Source of the DNA: Euglena gracilis
Lineage: Eukaryota
Length of the DNA stretch: 64,000 nucleotides
NCBI GenBank assembly: GCA_039621445.1
Contig: CP154954.1
Coordinates: 18,072,589 to 18,136,588, forward strand
Direction: 5' to 3'
The position numbers and the translations under genes were made by a program. Below the pieces are notes generated by a model. That model did not search any database, was not told where the DNA came from, and worked only from the letters and a program-made list of their open reading frames with translations. This document shows positions 13,201 through 28,700 of the stretch, in pieces; position 1 is the first letter of the stretch; every line of letters begins with the position of its first letter.

Positions 13201-15350
13201 AACGCAGCGCTTTCCTGAGAAATAACCACCGGATTCAAAAATATGCAAGAGGATTGGACATCTGCTAAGCATACAACACAAATAACTGTCTAGGGGAAAT
13301 CACTGCCTAACTGGCACACACCGTTGTTGGATTTTGTTTTCAGATCGGCCCAAAAGGTTGCCTAATTTTGGTTTCACTTCTGGAAAAGACGGGGGGGGGG
13401 GGGTAAATACGGTGAACAAAAAAGTCCGTTCGTTCGATTTGGAAAATGCAATCCCACATAGCACATGGCACATCCCCCCCCTGCAAAAAAAGAAACAAAA
13501 AACAAATCCAACCACTTTTGCAAGGAAACACAAATTAATTGCTTATGGCTGCTTTGATTTGACGCTTGTCCTTTGCCTCTTCTTGTGCGTTACTTGTATT
13601 TTTCTTCCAGGGCTTGCTTAAATTTGAATTCCACCTGTCCACAGGATCCACAGGATCCACAAAAGTTTAGGGGTTGAATGTGTCGCTGATGAAGAAACTC
13701 TCAAGCTTGGATGCAGGCACACCACATTCGTGGCAGAATTAAGCTTTTGTTTTGCACTTCTTTAACTGTGGATCTATCCCCACCTCCGACCTCCGAAATC
13801 GGCCAGGGAATTTGTTTCCAGGCCCATACCACTTGCCCCCCTCAAGCTCGCCAACATGGCTGAACTTCCTGGGGGGTCGATAATGACTCGGGGGCATTTC
13901 CACTTCAAAAAAAAAGTCAGATTTTTTTGGGAAAACCAATCACCCGCAGAGGTGTGCACTTGTTCTAGCATTGCAAACTCCTACCCTAAGGACTCCTGAG
14001 GACTCAAAGGATATGGTCGACGATGGTTGAGGACTCTGGGTAAGTATAAAGCGACACAGGAAACGAAAGTTCGATGAGTTTGTTTTTTGATCGCAAAGGG
14101 TATGAAAATTTGTGACACCTGAGTGTGCATTCCAAACCTAACAGAAAGTCACCAGTTCATCAAATTCCTCTTTGGAGGTGCATCACATATCAGGCTGTGT
14201 TTTTGTTGGGTGGGGATTCTTGGGAAATCCAACGTGACGGATCCCCCCCCCAAAAAAACCAGGCTTTGGGTCGCAATTTGTTAGGTGAGGTAATTCTGGG
14301 TTGGGAAGGAGCTGGCCAACCCCATCGCCGAGACAGGTGTAGCTGACGCGGTAGCTGCAGCCGGGCTCAGGACCGAGCCACCAGGTGTAAAAAGGGCTGG
14401 CAGACAACAAAATAGCTGGCACAGAACATGCGTTGCAAATTTCAAAAAAGGATTTCATCGAAGGGACATGCACCAACACAGGCAGAATGGAAGCCAAAAT
14501 CAAAATATCCATAAAATATCGACTGCATGCTCTGCAACACATGGGGCGTACAGAGGGTGGAGGACAGATGCCCCAGAGGCTACGTACTACGGAGGTGATT
14601 GGTCGAACGCGCAAACGTGCAAAGCAATACCTGTCCCTGCGCGACCCTGCCCGAAGTTGCCGACGAGGCACTCGCCGGTGTGGATGCCCGCGCGGAACTT
14701 CAGCACCGGCAGCCCGCGGGCCCGCCACGACTCGTGCAGCCCCATGACGCAGGCGTCAGGGGCCGGCAGACGGCCCACGGGGTAGGGCGGGGGTGCCAAC
14801 GAATGCCCACACACAGGGTCGTGTGTCGGTTCGCCTCGATCAGGGTCGGTTTTTAATGGAAATAACCACAAGGAAATACGGCTGAAAAAATCGCTTTTTT
14901 GGCAAAAACAAGTCCTCATCGGGGGAAAAAGTGTAAAGCGAAAAAATGTAAAAAAAATGTGTTTTTTAACTTAGTTTAATTCAACCCTCGTCGGCCGTTG
15001 TCGTCGGCCGTTGGGTGATCCTTTAAGGGTGGTCCTTAGTAATAAAAAAAAACATGTCCCATAGGGACCGCCGTGGTGTCGAAGAGAGGAGGTGAAATTT
15101 CTCTTTTTGTACTATCTCCCGAACATGTAAACCATTCTGGTTTCTGGATGGTTAAGCATGTGTTGGGATGACAACACAAAAATTGAGGGAGGAAAAAATT
15201 CAACATAAAAACGACATTAATGAGTAAAATGGGTCGGGCACAGGTGGGTGGGGCCGAATTCATCTCAAAATTCAACCTGGTACGCACGCACGCGCGCGCA
15301 CACACACCCACCCACCCACCCACCCACCCACCCACCCACCCACCCACCCT

Positions 15351-15383
<33 letters not shown>

Positions 15384-15410
15384 ACACACACACACACAAC
15401 ACGCATGCAT

Positions 15411-15448
<38 letters not shown>

Positions 15449-18400
15449 CACACACACACACACACTCACTCACTCACTCACACACACAGGGACGTGCCCT
15501 GCACATCTTGCATCGCCAGCGATGCAGCCACAGCGTCCTTCTCATGGTTGGGCAGTGCCTCCGGCGCATTCCACAGCGCCATGGCACAGCCCTGCAGTGG
15601 GACGCTCACATGCTCACATGTGGCCTTTGCAGCAATGGGGTTGTGTCGGGTTTCCCACAAAGTCACCCGCCGCAAAGTGCCAGGAAGAAATTTTCCTGGG
15701 CCTTTTCTCCCTTGAATTTCAGCCATTCCCAAAAGCAACATTAACTCCCCAACAGGATGGGAAAGACAATGTATTCATCAATCAGTACACATTGTGTGCG
15801 TACACATTGTGGATGTGTCCACATTGTGTGTGCATCGATGTGCATGAACAAATTAGGGGAGGGGGGTTGCAGAAAATGCTCTTCTCACAAGAGTGGCCTC
15901 CCACAACAAATGAACAAAAGCTTCCCGTTCCAATTCGTTTTCGTTCCACAGGACGTTTCGCAGACCACAGGCCACAGAAACGTCTGATGGCATAATAAAA
16001 TAATATATAATAATTTTTCTTCAATTAATTTCTTGTGGCTGAACAGAAGCATTAAAAAGGGGAAAAAAACATCGTTAAAGGGAAAAAAAAGCAAACAAGC
16101 AAGAAACAAAGATGCCCTACGCACAAATCTTTCCCTGCAAAAGCTGTTGAGCAGTCACCGATGCGTTTGTCGATTGTGCCGTGTGGACGGGGGCTTGTTT
16201 TGGCTGGGCTTCTCTTTGGAGGCAGTTGTGCCCAGACAGCAGTTCCGTTTGACTGGGGCCAGCTGGGGGGACTGGCAAAAGTTTGGCTGGACCCCTCCCA
16301 GGAAAAAAACAAAAAAAAACCGAAACCTTGAGGCCAGCACCCAAAAACAGCTGGGTGGGGACCCAACCAACAAAAAAAAAAATTGAACGACAGAGGCGAG
16401 CAAAAAAATCCAGCAAATGCGCAGCACCCATATCCAGCTGGGGGGACATTGACCCAACAGCTGCGGCCAAAATGTGAACGAAAACATGAAGACACCGTTC
16501 TCAAAATCAGGCTCTTGAAGCGCTTTGGCCATTTCCCCCAATTGTTCCCAGAGCTTCGCACCTTGGCACTGAGGTGTGACACAGCACCACCCAGCCCAAA
16601 CACTATCCCTCCCCAGAGATACACTTCCTGAAGAAAAATAAACCACACCGGAAACTCTCGGGGCGCATAACCCCCCATGACTACACTAACTGAATCTCCC
16701 CTGGCTGGTCCAACCGGTTGAAAGACACCCGACCAAGGTTTGGGTGGCCAAAACGCTGATGGGGACTGAGCGGCCCAGGGGGCTGCACATCGCCTCGAAG
16801 TACTCCGTGCACACCGCCACCAGCACGGCCGGGAATTCGGCCTCGCAGATGGCGGAGAAGCCCTCGATGTCCGCAAACATGACGGTCAGGGTCCTGGGGG
16901 CAGGCGTCGTCATATTGGTTCAATGAAACACTCATTGCTCATTGAAGCATTACTAGAGCATGACCAGAAACACCCAGACTCCCATAATGCCAATGCAACC
17001 TTCAGCGCCGGTCTTGCACTTGAGAGGTGGCTGGCGTGGGTTAGTTGCAGAATTGCGAATGGTGTGTTCAATAAGGGACTTCCTAAACGACCAGCCCCCT
17101 TGTATAACCACTGCCCCCCCTCCCCCGGGGAGGCCAGTAGATAGCTGCAGCCATTAAAACACTTTCAACACCATAACACCATGGACCGTTGTCAACGCCT
17201 GTTTGGGATACATTTCGTCGTTCGCCATTTTGCCAGCAATCAAAGCCAGCCTCCAAGCCTCTTGGATGATGAGTCACTGTTCAAACAGGACGGTGCAGAA
17301 CAACCCAATGACAACGTCCAGCCGAGAGGGTGGAAAGTTTGGGTTGGCTGGAAAAAAAGCCAATGGCTGAACCGCTGTGGGAAGGGGTTCAGCCATAAAT
17401 TATATTCCAGCCAACCCTAAAATTCTCCGGCCGTTGCATACTCCCCCCTGCTGCATTACAGCACCTTTTAGGAAATAGGAAGTGATTGTTTTTCAATGAA
17501 TTGCGCTTTGCCAGTTAGCTGGAAAATGTTTTTCATATGTGAGTGACACTGCGATTTATGGCTTTCAAGATTTTATTAAAACCTTTTGGGACATGTCGCT
17601 CACTTAAGTTGGAGGGGATTCCACCCTCGAGGTTCCAGCCAACCAGCAGTTTTTTCCCCCAGCCCCGGACCGTCCCTCCCCCCCATGCATGAGGCTAAAT
17701 TTTGTTCAACAGCCCTATGGGCCACTGCAAGGCTATGTAGTTTTTTTTTAAAAAAAATCTTTTTCCATTATGGGTGCCAAAAAAGGCCGAAAATTGTGCG
17801 AATTGCCCAGCTCATTTTTGGTTGAAAAACCAATTTGCATATCTGTTTTGATTTTTGGGCCTTTTTGCAGTTGCATGTCGTTGAATTAGCTGCCAAAAAA
17901 CACAGCTATGTTGCATTTTGGCCGCGCATGCCAAAATTCTGCGGAACCTACTGAAAAAAGAATGTGTATATGAATTATTTTGGCAGGAGAACTCGATGGG
18001 TAGAATTTTCCACTTGACTAGAGTGGCTCCCAGAAGAGCGATAGCCTCGCGAGGGTGAGAACGCTTTCTGTGGGTGGTGGGGGGGCTCCCCAATGCAGCA
18101 ATCCTGTGATTCAGCTCCGGGCTGCCCAGTACCTTCACCACCGCCTGGGGAACGAACTTCCCGAACGCCCGCAGCCCGCGCTCCATCTGGACGAAGGAGG
18201 CCTGGAAGCGGTGCAGCTCCTGGAACAGGGTGGGCTTCGTGGCGGTGGTCGCGAACTGCAACTGCGCGATGCGGTCCATTGGCGGCAGAGCCCCCGCCCA
18301 ATCCAACTGAATGAAACTGACTTTGAGGAACCCCCTTTTGGGGGCCCCATACGGGCCCGAAAACGGTCCGGAGGGGCCGGGGGTATGTGGGGTGTATACA

Positions 18401-21400
18401 GTGTACACAGGGGGTCCCCCATGGTTGGTTTGGGTCCCCGGGTGGGTCCGTGCAGTTCCCCATCGGTTTCGGGCATTTTTGGAAAAATCGATTTTTTGAC
18501 CCCTGTAAGGCGGTCACAGGCTGCACGGCGCTGAAAACGCAGTCCTCAAATTTGGGGTCCAACCCCCAGTTACACCCACCTACGTGTGCAGTCGCGACCC
18601 GGGACCCATGCCATCCAACGGAGGGACCCCCCTGTGGAGAGTTTCACTTCAGATCAGGTCGACCGACTGTCATATCCCGGGAAAAAATCTTTATTATTAT
18701 TTGTACCTTTAGTAGTGATACTACCACTGCTGCTGCTGCTGCTGCTGCTACTAATTTACTAAATTAGAAAAACACAAAAAAAAACGGTCATGTTGTTTCC
18801 TCCCCTTGCGCAGGGTATGGATGAGACCCTGCGCCCCCTTGCCAGGGTGTACAGCCGTGCCGCCAGCCAGAGGCCCACGCTGAGGGGCAGCACCACTGCG
18901 AGGGCGCTCACCACCCCCAGGATGGCGAACCCCGGCGGAGGGCTGCCGATGGTGACCAATTCAGAATAAACACCCTGCATCCCAGTCGATGGCATTTCCC
19001 CCCCCCCCGTTTTTTTAAGGTGGTGGTGGGGGGTGCCTGCCTGGGCAGGCACTCCAAGGCACTCCTGATCCGACTCCCCCCTTGGGGGGGGGGGGCACAC
19101 GGCCAAAAGTGCCCTAGCACAGACCCCGGCGCCTTCGCAAAAGAGGTGTTTGGACCTGGCAAACCTGTCTGGGGACGTGGTGGCCACCCCGGAGACATGA
19201 CCCGGGAAGGGGGGGGGGTCACTGAGCGGGACTTCATAAGCACAACTGGAATAAATATACTGGAAAAAATGTGCAAAAATCCTTTTCGGAAAATGACTGC
19301 GTTGACCACAAAAAGAAAAAAAAACACTCAAAAACACCCTTTTTGACAATTATTGGCCATCTTTTTTCAAAAAAAATGGTCACATATGCAGTGCTCTGCA
19401 CCAAAAACAATTCCATGTATCCCCACCAAAAATGGATTGGAAGCAAAACCCTGTGGGAGTGCTGCTGTGGATGAGCTGGGCCAAAATTGGGGCTGGCTGC
19501 ACCAGCCCCCCCCCCCCCGACAGGCTGAACGAGGAGGCCTGGTGCGGGGGCGGATTTCCCCACCTGGGAGGTGGGGTTCTGACTCCCCCCGCCCACCACA
19601 CCACAGACAGTGCAAGGAGGAATCCTTCGACACTGAAGGCATCCGAGGAAAATTTTGACCTCTGCGCCACAGAAACATGGGGAAGGGGGGGTTGGTGGGA
19701 CCCTGCCCCGCCATCCATAGGGTTTTGGGGGGTTCCTGGCGAACCCTGCCCACCGGGGCCGCAAAACAAAGGATGCACAGCCAGCATCAAAACAAGCAAA
19801 ACCCCACCAGTGCCTCGAAAATTCAAACAACCGACCATGGAGACTGAGAAAATCTGCCGGACACCGACACCGACGCATCACTGTCAACCCCCCGGCTGTG
19901 ACCCCCTTCTTGTCCGACATGGACTGGTCCACGTGCCCGTTGCTGGCGTCGATGCTGCCCATCACCGACGCCCGGTTCTTCAGCATAAGGACTGTGCACT
20001 GCAGGCTGTGGCCGGGCTGGGGATGAGTGGCTCCCAGCCAGGGTTCAAAGTAAGAACAAGGTGGGGGTCGACCCTTGCCCCTGCCTCGACATCTTCCGCT
20101 CCAAAGCGAAATAAAAACTTTTTTCCTTTCCTGGAGGTAAAAAGAAAATTAAAAATGGATTAATAATTAAAAAGTAAAAAATAAAAACTTTTTGGAGGAA
20201 AAATTTCAACTCACACAGGTGTCATTTTCTCCTTATCCCACCTCTCGCCTTAATCCCTTTCCGACCCCATCGCCTGCCCGAACACCAGTACTGTAGCCCG
20301 TTGCCACCCAATACTGCTGGCCAGAAAGCACCGCTTCATTTGTCGACTCAGGGATGGCTGTCCAGGACTGAGGGCACAGGAAGGCGCAACAATAATTCAA
20401 AACGAGAAACCAGTAGCCGAAAAAAATATTTTTGTGCACCAGAGATTTGGCTGCTATGCCAGCAGGTGTCAAATTGTTGCTGGCAAATGTATGCAGTTGC
20501 ATTTTTTTTTATTGCATGGCAGCTGATAGAACTCTGAAAGGTATTTTGAAAAATGGAAGCTTCTTCCTCTGGCCGGTATTTGCTGTACAACTGCTGGCAA
20601 GCCTCGGCAATCAGGGCATCATCGCTCTGCAGGCATGTCCACAGGCTGTACGCGCTGACGTTGATGGGGTTCAGCAGGGGGTTGATATACCGAGGGTCCA
20701 CGTCGCTGTGGCTGAAATACTTCCCGTGAGAGGACACGGCAACGGTGGCTCTCCAAAATATTTCAAGAGTTTCCCAGCTTGCTGCCAGTTTGCTCAGATG
20801 CTGCAAGCTCCATTTGATTTTCAACTGATGTGCTTCTCCACAGCGTTCGATCCACCAAAAGAATAATTTCATTCATTTTTGTGGCAAACAATTCACTCGA
20901 AGTGGCCACGCTCCCAGCAGAGCCCATATTTTCGCTTTATCCATTAGCAAAGATGATTTCATTCCAAGCATAAACTGCAAGAACCATCAACAGACATCTG
21001 ACAGGCTGAATACGCGTGGCGCTTCTGACACCACAAAAAAAATGAAAACCTGCAATCAGGATCACAAAGAAAGGCACAAACCAAAGACTTCCAAACCACC
21101 CCTGGGTGCTATCATGAAGCCATGGGGTTGGCGGAAAAAGAGAACCAGCCGGTCCAATGCAAGACCGCCCCGAAATCTGCCTGTGATACAACAACTCTTG
21201 AAAAGGCGTAGAAAAAGAAGCAAAGCTAGATAGATATAGGGAACAATGCACGGGGAAATGAAAAAAATATGAAATTGGGAGTTGCCTTCTGCTTTGGGTT
21301 CCACTCAGGTGTTAAAAACAAAAATATTGACAACTCGAGGTAAATGTATATATTATACCTGCATATATATTGTATTATATCATATTATCCTATCCTATCA

Positions 21401-24400
21401 TATCATAAATAGAGATGCACATTGTCTCTCTCTGTATATAAAAAAGAATTAAACAACCCATGGTGCTCCCAATGATGCCCTCCTTGTCCCAGCAAATGGG
21501 TTACAATATGTATTGCAAAAGCTTTTTTATGATTTTTTATCGAGTGGAAAAATTTTGGGCTGAAATTGGTCCTCCAAAAAAGTGTATTTTGAAATAACTC
21601 CCCCTTCCTCGAGGCAAGCGTTGACAGTTGCTGTGCCTGCCAACGGTGTCAAAAAAAAGAGAGAGAAACCCCCGAAGGGGGTTTTCCCTGCCGACCAAGC
21701 CAATTTTCATTGAAAATGGTCATTTTCAGGGGGGGGTGCCATAGCACTCCCCACCCCAGAACACCCCCCACCCTGGGGGGGGTCAAAAATGCCTGACCCT
21801 TGCTTGAAACTGGTGGAATTTGAGCAAAATGAGTGCAAAGTTGTATTGGGGAAAGGTTGGACTTTTGATCTGGGAGTTTGATTAAAAAATTTTCCCACCC
21901 AAGTATAAACCCCAAACATTAAACCTTCCTGAGGGGGCCTCCTCCCAAATATGAAAGGCGGGGGGATTTGCTGGATCCTAAATCCACAACAGATTTTTCT
22001 TACCAGGCTTCTGTCCACCAACCCAGGGGGAGGGTGCCTGTTCATGGGATGCCTGTACATAGCAGACACCCCCCCAGGGGGGCAGGGTCAGTGTTGGACC
22101 CCAATGCATACCAACCAAGCCAAGTTTCCAATGAAAATGGCCATTTTTAGGTCCCGGGGCCTTCAGTGACCGGGGTGTGCTACAGCAAAACCCACCCCAA
22201 AACCCGACCTGAAATGGCTTTAACCCCCTGCCTGCCCACAGCACCTCCGGGGGGGGGGGGTGCAACTTTCCTTAACAAGAAGCCCGTTTCTCACCCATTA
22301 TTGGCAGTTTTTTTTTTGGCCAATTTCGGACCAAATAAAAATAGAAATTTAGAAGATCTCAAAAAAAGAAGAGACAATTTCAATCAAAGACAATTTCCGG
22401 AAATCTGCACTCTTGTTGAGAAGTATTCTCGTTTGCCGTGTTTCCCATGTATTTTTCAAGGTTTGATGAAATTATTCTCTCAAAAAGTGTTGCAGACTCC
22501 TGACTCTGCCGTTTTCAGTCATATTTGGCATATTTGGGTCAAAGAATCATTTTTTCGAATTTCTGAAAAAAAGAGGGGAATGAGAGTAAACGTTGGCGCT
22601 GTGAAGAACAGTTTCTGGGACCCAAGACACCGCTCAGGTCGTTGTACAACCAACACTCTTTCTGCATTCTGCATTGGCGTTGCATATTTTCCATAAATTT
22701 CTCTTTTCATCATCGTTTCTGTTGATCAAAGAAAGGCAAAAAGAAATACATGTCAATCCAAGATCTTACTTTTATGGTCATGGGCATGAGATTTTAAATT
22801 TACATGCAGACATTATTTGCCTTCTTTTCGAACGAACAGATGATGAGAGAGAAACTCATGGGAAATGTGCGGCAGGATGCAGAAAGAGAGTATGATGAAC
22901 TGTTAAAATGGTGCACAGACGGCATGCACACCCACCACAACCAAGATTTCTCCGAGATGTCACTCATGGTCCCTCCGCCTTGCAGGTCACCAGCATTAGT
23001 TGCATGTCTATCCCCAGGTGTGCTAATATTTATTTGATTTATTTGTTTATTAAATTTGTTCAGTTTCAATTATAAAAAGTTTCTCCTATTTTGGATTTTT
23101 AATGTTGACATCTTTTATATATATTTTATGCAATTTTTATTTCCTTTTGTTTATCAACATTTTTTCTTCATTTTTTTCATTTTCATTTATTTTGATTTTG
23201 ATTTTCCTTTTTCAAAAAATCTTTCATTCCGTTCAATGTATTCAAGGGTGACAACTTCCCAGGGTGAGGAGGTTTTGTGCATGTATACCACACAGGGGCG
23301 AATACATGTTCAAATCCGGTTAGGGAGAATAAAAGCACCAGAAAAGAGAAAACAATAAACAAACAATAGCCCATCAAAAAAATGCTAAAAATCAAAATAG
23401 TTTTAAGAATCCTAAAATTCTAAAAATAGAGAGAACAGAGTGAATGAAAAGAACAAATGTTTGTCCTTGCGAGAAAGCGACCTCCCTCGAGGCTTTCAGG
23501 ACGTGCTTGACCCTGCGGAAACCCGTCCAACTGGCTCCGCAATTCATCGCTGAGGGTTGCTGCCGCTATATTGATTGTTAACAGTATCCACGTCCCGTTC
23601 TGGGCGGGAAACCCGCCTCACGAGGTCGCCTGCAGCAGCCGATGAGGCCACATTGTAACCAAGGGTCGAAAAATACGCACTACACATTCTACTGTGGGGC
23701 ACAACCTCAACAAAAACAACAACCAAAATGTATGCTGATCCGTGTAGCTGCACCGAAAATAATCAATCAACCAGACATTGCAGGAGATCCCCTGGTCTCT
23801 GCCGACGGACTAACGCCACCTGCCCAGTGAAACGGTTGAATGCCATCGTCGTGAGCCACCCATTTACCCATTTTGGCACTTTGGAGGCCGGCCCCACGCT
23901 GTCATCGGACCAATAACACTCACAGTGACCATTGAAACTGCTCAACCCCCCAAATGAGACCACAGAATACCCCCCCCCCCAAACATAAGACCCCCAAAAT
24001 AAGACCCCCCCAAAAAAGATTCCCCTCCCAACTTTCAGCAGAAATCCTACAAATAAACACCAAAAAGGCAGCACCTTTAATTCACTCCGTCTCAATTATG
24101 ATGCCCGCTTGTCTGTCCGGTGCTCAAGCAGATGGGGGGGGACTTCAGCAGCCAACCTTGCACCTAAGCAAGATTCTGGTCCAATTGCAAAAATTCACAA
24201 TATTCTATTCTGTTGATATTCCAGGATCCCGGTTGTTGCCGCTCATTGCTGGTTACACACCAGCCCAGCCCTCCAGCCCTCCAGTTATGCGCAACCAGAG
24301 AAAGGTCAATTTTAGTGTTTTTTGGCCCTCCACAACCTGGGTTTAACCCCCAAAATGAGAAATGACCCGAAAATACAAAAAACATCAGATCCTTCCACCC

Positions 24401-25697
24401 TGCATTTCCTGCGTGGGCAACTGGAACCACCAGGTGATGTCGGTGCAATTTGAAGTCAGTCAAGAAAAGAATGCCCTCTTGTTGGGGATTTATTTGACAA
24501 AGAATTTCAAATTTCCCTCCCCCCCTCCAATAGTGTTACCCCCAGATATCTTTCGAAGTCTCATAGGACCCAAAATACACCCAAAACCCCACTTTGGGGT
24601 CATTTATTGTACTTTCTCATGAAACTTGGCATTTTTGGAGGCCAGATGATCCAGAAAAAGGTGTACATGGCCCCCCAAAAATTGGTGCATTGAACCTCCC
24701 CCCCCCAATGACACCCTGAGCCTTTTTTTGTCTTTCTGGGGGGACATTCTTTTGGACTTTGCTGAAAATTTTGGCAGCCTTCCCTCGGGAGGGTCCAAAA
24801 TAGGTCCAAAAGAAATCTTTCACGATGAACAAAATTGTTCCAAAAAATGCCAGCACTGGATGAGGAGGTATGCTGACTTTCACAGAAGAAATTTACTTTT
24901 TAGGAAGTGAATCAAAATCAAAAAAAATCTGCCTCGAATGGTGAGTTCAGAGTGTGGGCATCTGGATGGGGCGTTCCTGTCTGCATTGGGCTGCATAACA
25001 CGCCAGGAACTGACGGTGAATTTTGCAGTGGACCATTTCAGATCAGCTTATCAAAAGTGAATTCCAAGTCTTTTCCCTCTTGAAAGATTTCCGGCAAGGG
25101 CCTTCAGGGCACGGCCGGTCGAAATAGGCAGCAGGTGCAGTTTGGTTTGAAAGCAGACGCACGGGCTTGCCTGTGATCTGGTCAACCTGCGAGATGTTGG
25201 CTTGGGGGCCCTCTTCTGTCGCAGTCCATGCCCCACAATTAAAGTTTGTTCAAGCTGGGAAAATGGTGGTGAATTGGGAATCACAGGCCAGAAGTGAAGA
25301 CAACGAGGATGAGCAGGCGCATCACACATTTCAAATAAAAAAAACAGTGTGTTGTTATCATCAGAGGATGTGAAACCTTAAATGCAATGCATCCATCCAT
25401 CCAGCAAAAAAAGAAAGCAGAAATATTAGAGAGTCCCCAGCTCAGGGTGGACACCTTCTCGTTGCGGGCCATCATCAATGGGGTGCTGTACAGTGTGTGG
25501 GTCCCATAGGTGTTGTTGAGGTCATAGAAGAGTGCAACCCACGTTACCCAGAAGGTGGGGATGAAGAAACTGGGAGGGCAGGGGCGGCATATGAACATGT
25601 CGAAAAGACTGAAAAGGCCCTCACTCACTCGACGAATGAAATGCAAGTTGCGAGTCGAGCAGCCTAAAGGCCATTGCTACGTAACCCCCCCCAAAAA

Positions 25698-25745
<48 letters not shown>

Positions 25746-28700
25746 AAAGCCCCCCCCAGCTCGACATTTGGGTGGGATTTCAAAACTCTCAAGAAAGCTT
25801 TATAATTGAACGGGGGCCTCTGCGAACTCTCACTTCCTTCAACTCCACTCAAATACCAATATTACACCAAAGTTCCTCCCAGTTTGCACCTCCCAGTTTT
25901 CCCCGAGATCCGCAATCCTTGCCAAAATCCTTTCATCTTGCAAAAAATGGACACACATGGGGTTTCCAGATTCATTGTGGTTCCCTCAGCAATTGTATTT
26001 AACGGATGGATGGATGTGTGGTTGGATAATTTTGTTGGTGGATTTGTGCTTTGGGGTGAAGGGAGCACAGGACATGCGCTGTGTCTTCCTCCTCAAACGA
26101 GTCTAAGCCAGGTGGCGACCTGATGTCTTTAAAAGACACTGGATTTTTGCTTTGGCCAAACGGCGGCCAAAAGGCTGGGCTCGAGCAGGGAATGAAAACG
26201 GAAAAAAAACACATCTTTTTTGTTGTGTGGGGATGGGCGATTTTTCAAGGATTCCAGAAATCTTTCTTCCTTGATGTCAACCTGTTTTAACCAAGAAATT
26301 CTCGAGCTTTCTGTCCATTTTACTGGTTGAATTTGCCAGTGTTTTTTACCTTCAGGACCTGTCCTTGGTGGCATAGGTTCCAAGGGAAATTATTTCATGC
26401 CATTTTATCATTTTTCCCACATAATTTGCCAAAATGTGAGATGAACCTGATATCTTTCTGAATACCCCCCCCCCATGGAAAGCCCCCAGAGGGTTTGATT
26501 TTGCCACCAAATATAAAATCCCTCCCTCAACACAAAACCACCTTGAGGGTGCCATTCAGGGCAAAACATAATTTTTTTGGGTCGAGAGAAGCCAAATGGT
26601 TGTTTCTTTTCTGAAAACCAGAAGACTCTGCCAAGCCGCAAAGATGGAGGGCGTTTTGGCACCCCTGGTCCTCGGTGGGATCCAGGAAACACCCGATCAG
26701 GGCCACCTGGGAGAAGACGGGGTGGCCCTTCATCATGGTGAAGGTCTGGCCAGTGAAGGGGGCCGCTGGCACCCCTGCCCTTGCCACCACCAAAAATCTT
26801 GGAAACGATACTTTTGTCACGTTGGCGGAAACCTGTCCATCAATACTTGGCCGCTCCGAATCTATCCACCATATCCGGAGGGTTCTTTCCCTGCATTTTC
26901 CCCACCCCGATCCTTTTTTTTTACGCCCAATGTCGACTCCGTGATAAGGAACAAAGAACAGGGCATGCGTGAATGGATAGGAACTCCACACCGACCCAAA
27001 GGGACTGATTTCGAACTAAAGATGCGTTTGAAGATAAAATGCAAATTGCATACGTTGTGTAAACTTTGCTATTTTTAAAAAAAAATCACAATACATGGAA
27101 TAAACATCACAATTTCTGGACACAAAATTCAAAACATACTTAGATGTCATCGGCTGCCCCAGTACCATGGGACGAAAGCAAGGTCTTTCTTAATTGGGAA
27201 ATTTGGGTACAAATGCCTCCGAAACACCCCAGGTGCAGCATGTCTTTTTGCAGAATGCCCAACATCTGCTTCATCAAAGGAGTACGTCGAGGGACGTTTT
27301 TGGTCGAGTGAAACCAAATTCCACACCATAACATACACACACATGCATGTACATATGGTTCCCAATTTGATTTTGAAAAATCGTTGGTGCTCTTGCCCAA
27401 TTGCAAAAACAGTTTGAAAAGCTGTCAATTTAAACATTTGTGTGCTCAGGCATCCAAATTAAAATCGTTGAAGCGTTTGGACAATCGTGCAAATGTTTCA
27501 TTGAAATGTTGCACTTGTGCAATTGTCCAAATGCATCATTGGAATGAAGCACTTGCACAATTGTGCAAATGCTCCATTCAAACTTGTGCAACGGTGCAAA
27601 TGTCTAAACAGATTAAAACCTTTTATTGAAAAAAAGCAAATTGACCTGCCTTTTGGGCCCAAACTTGGGCATTTGAGCCTGTGAGAAACCATTTCTGACA
27701 CCAATGGGCTCAAAAAAACGCCCGTGAAAGGCCTAAACCCCAGAAAAAATGAGTTGAAAAATGCTCTTCATCCTGGTTTTCAGAAATGAAATCAGCATGT
27801 TGGCTGTGAATATGTGTATTTGACAAATTTCAAACCTTGGCGTACGTGGAGGGGGTTGGAGAAACACCCTGACATGCTGCCTTCCACCATCGAGTTGTAT
27901 ATATATGCATGTTCCACAACATATTGGACGTCGTGGACGCTGCGTCTCCACTCTGCTCTTTTTTCCAAAATCGATAAAGGCTTCAGAAAATAAAGCATTT
28001 GCACAATGCAAGAAAAGAGGTATGTCGCTAAACTCCCACAGAACTGAACTGGTGGCAGTCCTACTGCATTGTTTTCCCCTGCCATTTGTGGGTTGATGCC
28101 AGACTTCTGCTTCGGGGTTTTCAGTAAACTCCCCCAAATAACCCCCCCGGGTATTATTTGGTATTATTCTTTCGCCCGAAGTCATGGCCCGAGGGGGGGG
28201 GTATTATTTGGGGGGGGGGCATTTTTTTCCCAAAATTTTCGAAATTTTTCGAAGTCCCATAAAACCCAAAATAGCACCCAAAACCCTCCTTTGGTGTCAT
28301 TTTTTGCACTTTCTTGTGAAATTTACCATTTTTTGGAGGTCAGATGAGCCAGAAAAATTGATTTTTTTTCGTAATTTGTTGTCAGAATATTGTGATTTTT
28401 ACCTACATTTTCAAGTAAAAATCCGGGCCTTTGGCCCGAAACCGGGGGGGGGGGGTATTATTTCGGCGGCCGAAGTCGGACCCCAAGGGGGGGGGGGGTT
28501 TATTTGGGAGGAATTATTGGGGGGTGGTATTATTTGGGGGGGTTTACCCTGGGGGGCTCGACTACGCCAATCCATTTGGGGGGTCTGCTAGCAGGGATAA
28601 TTATTGAATATTGTTCCCCAATGACCGGTGTGAAGCGGCAAAAATTTTTGAAACCCCCAAAACCTGCCAGAAACCTGCCCATTTTGGCTTTTTGGGTTTT

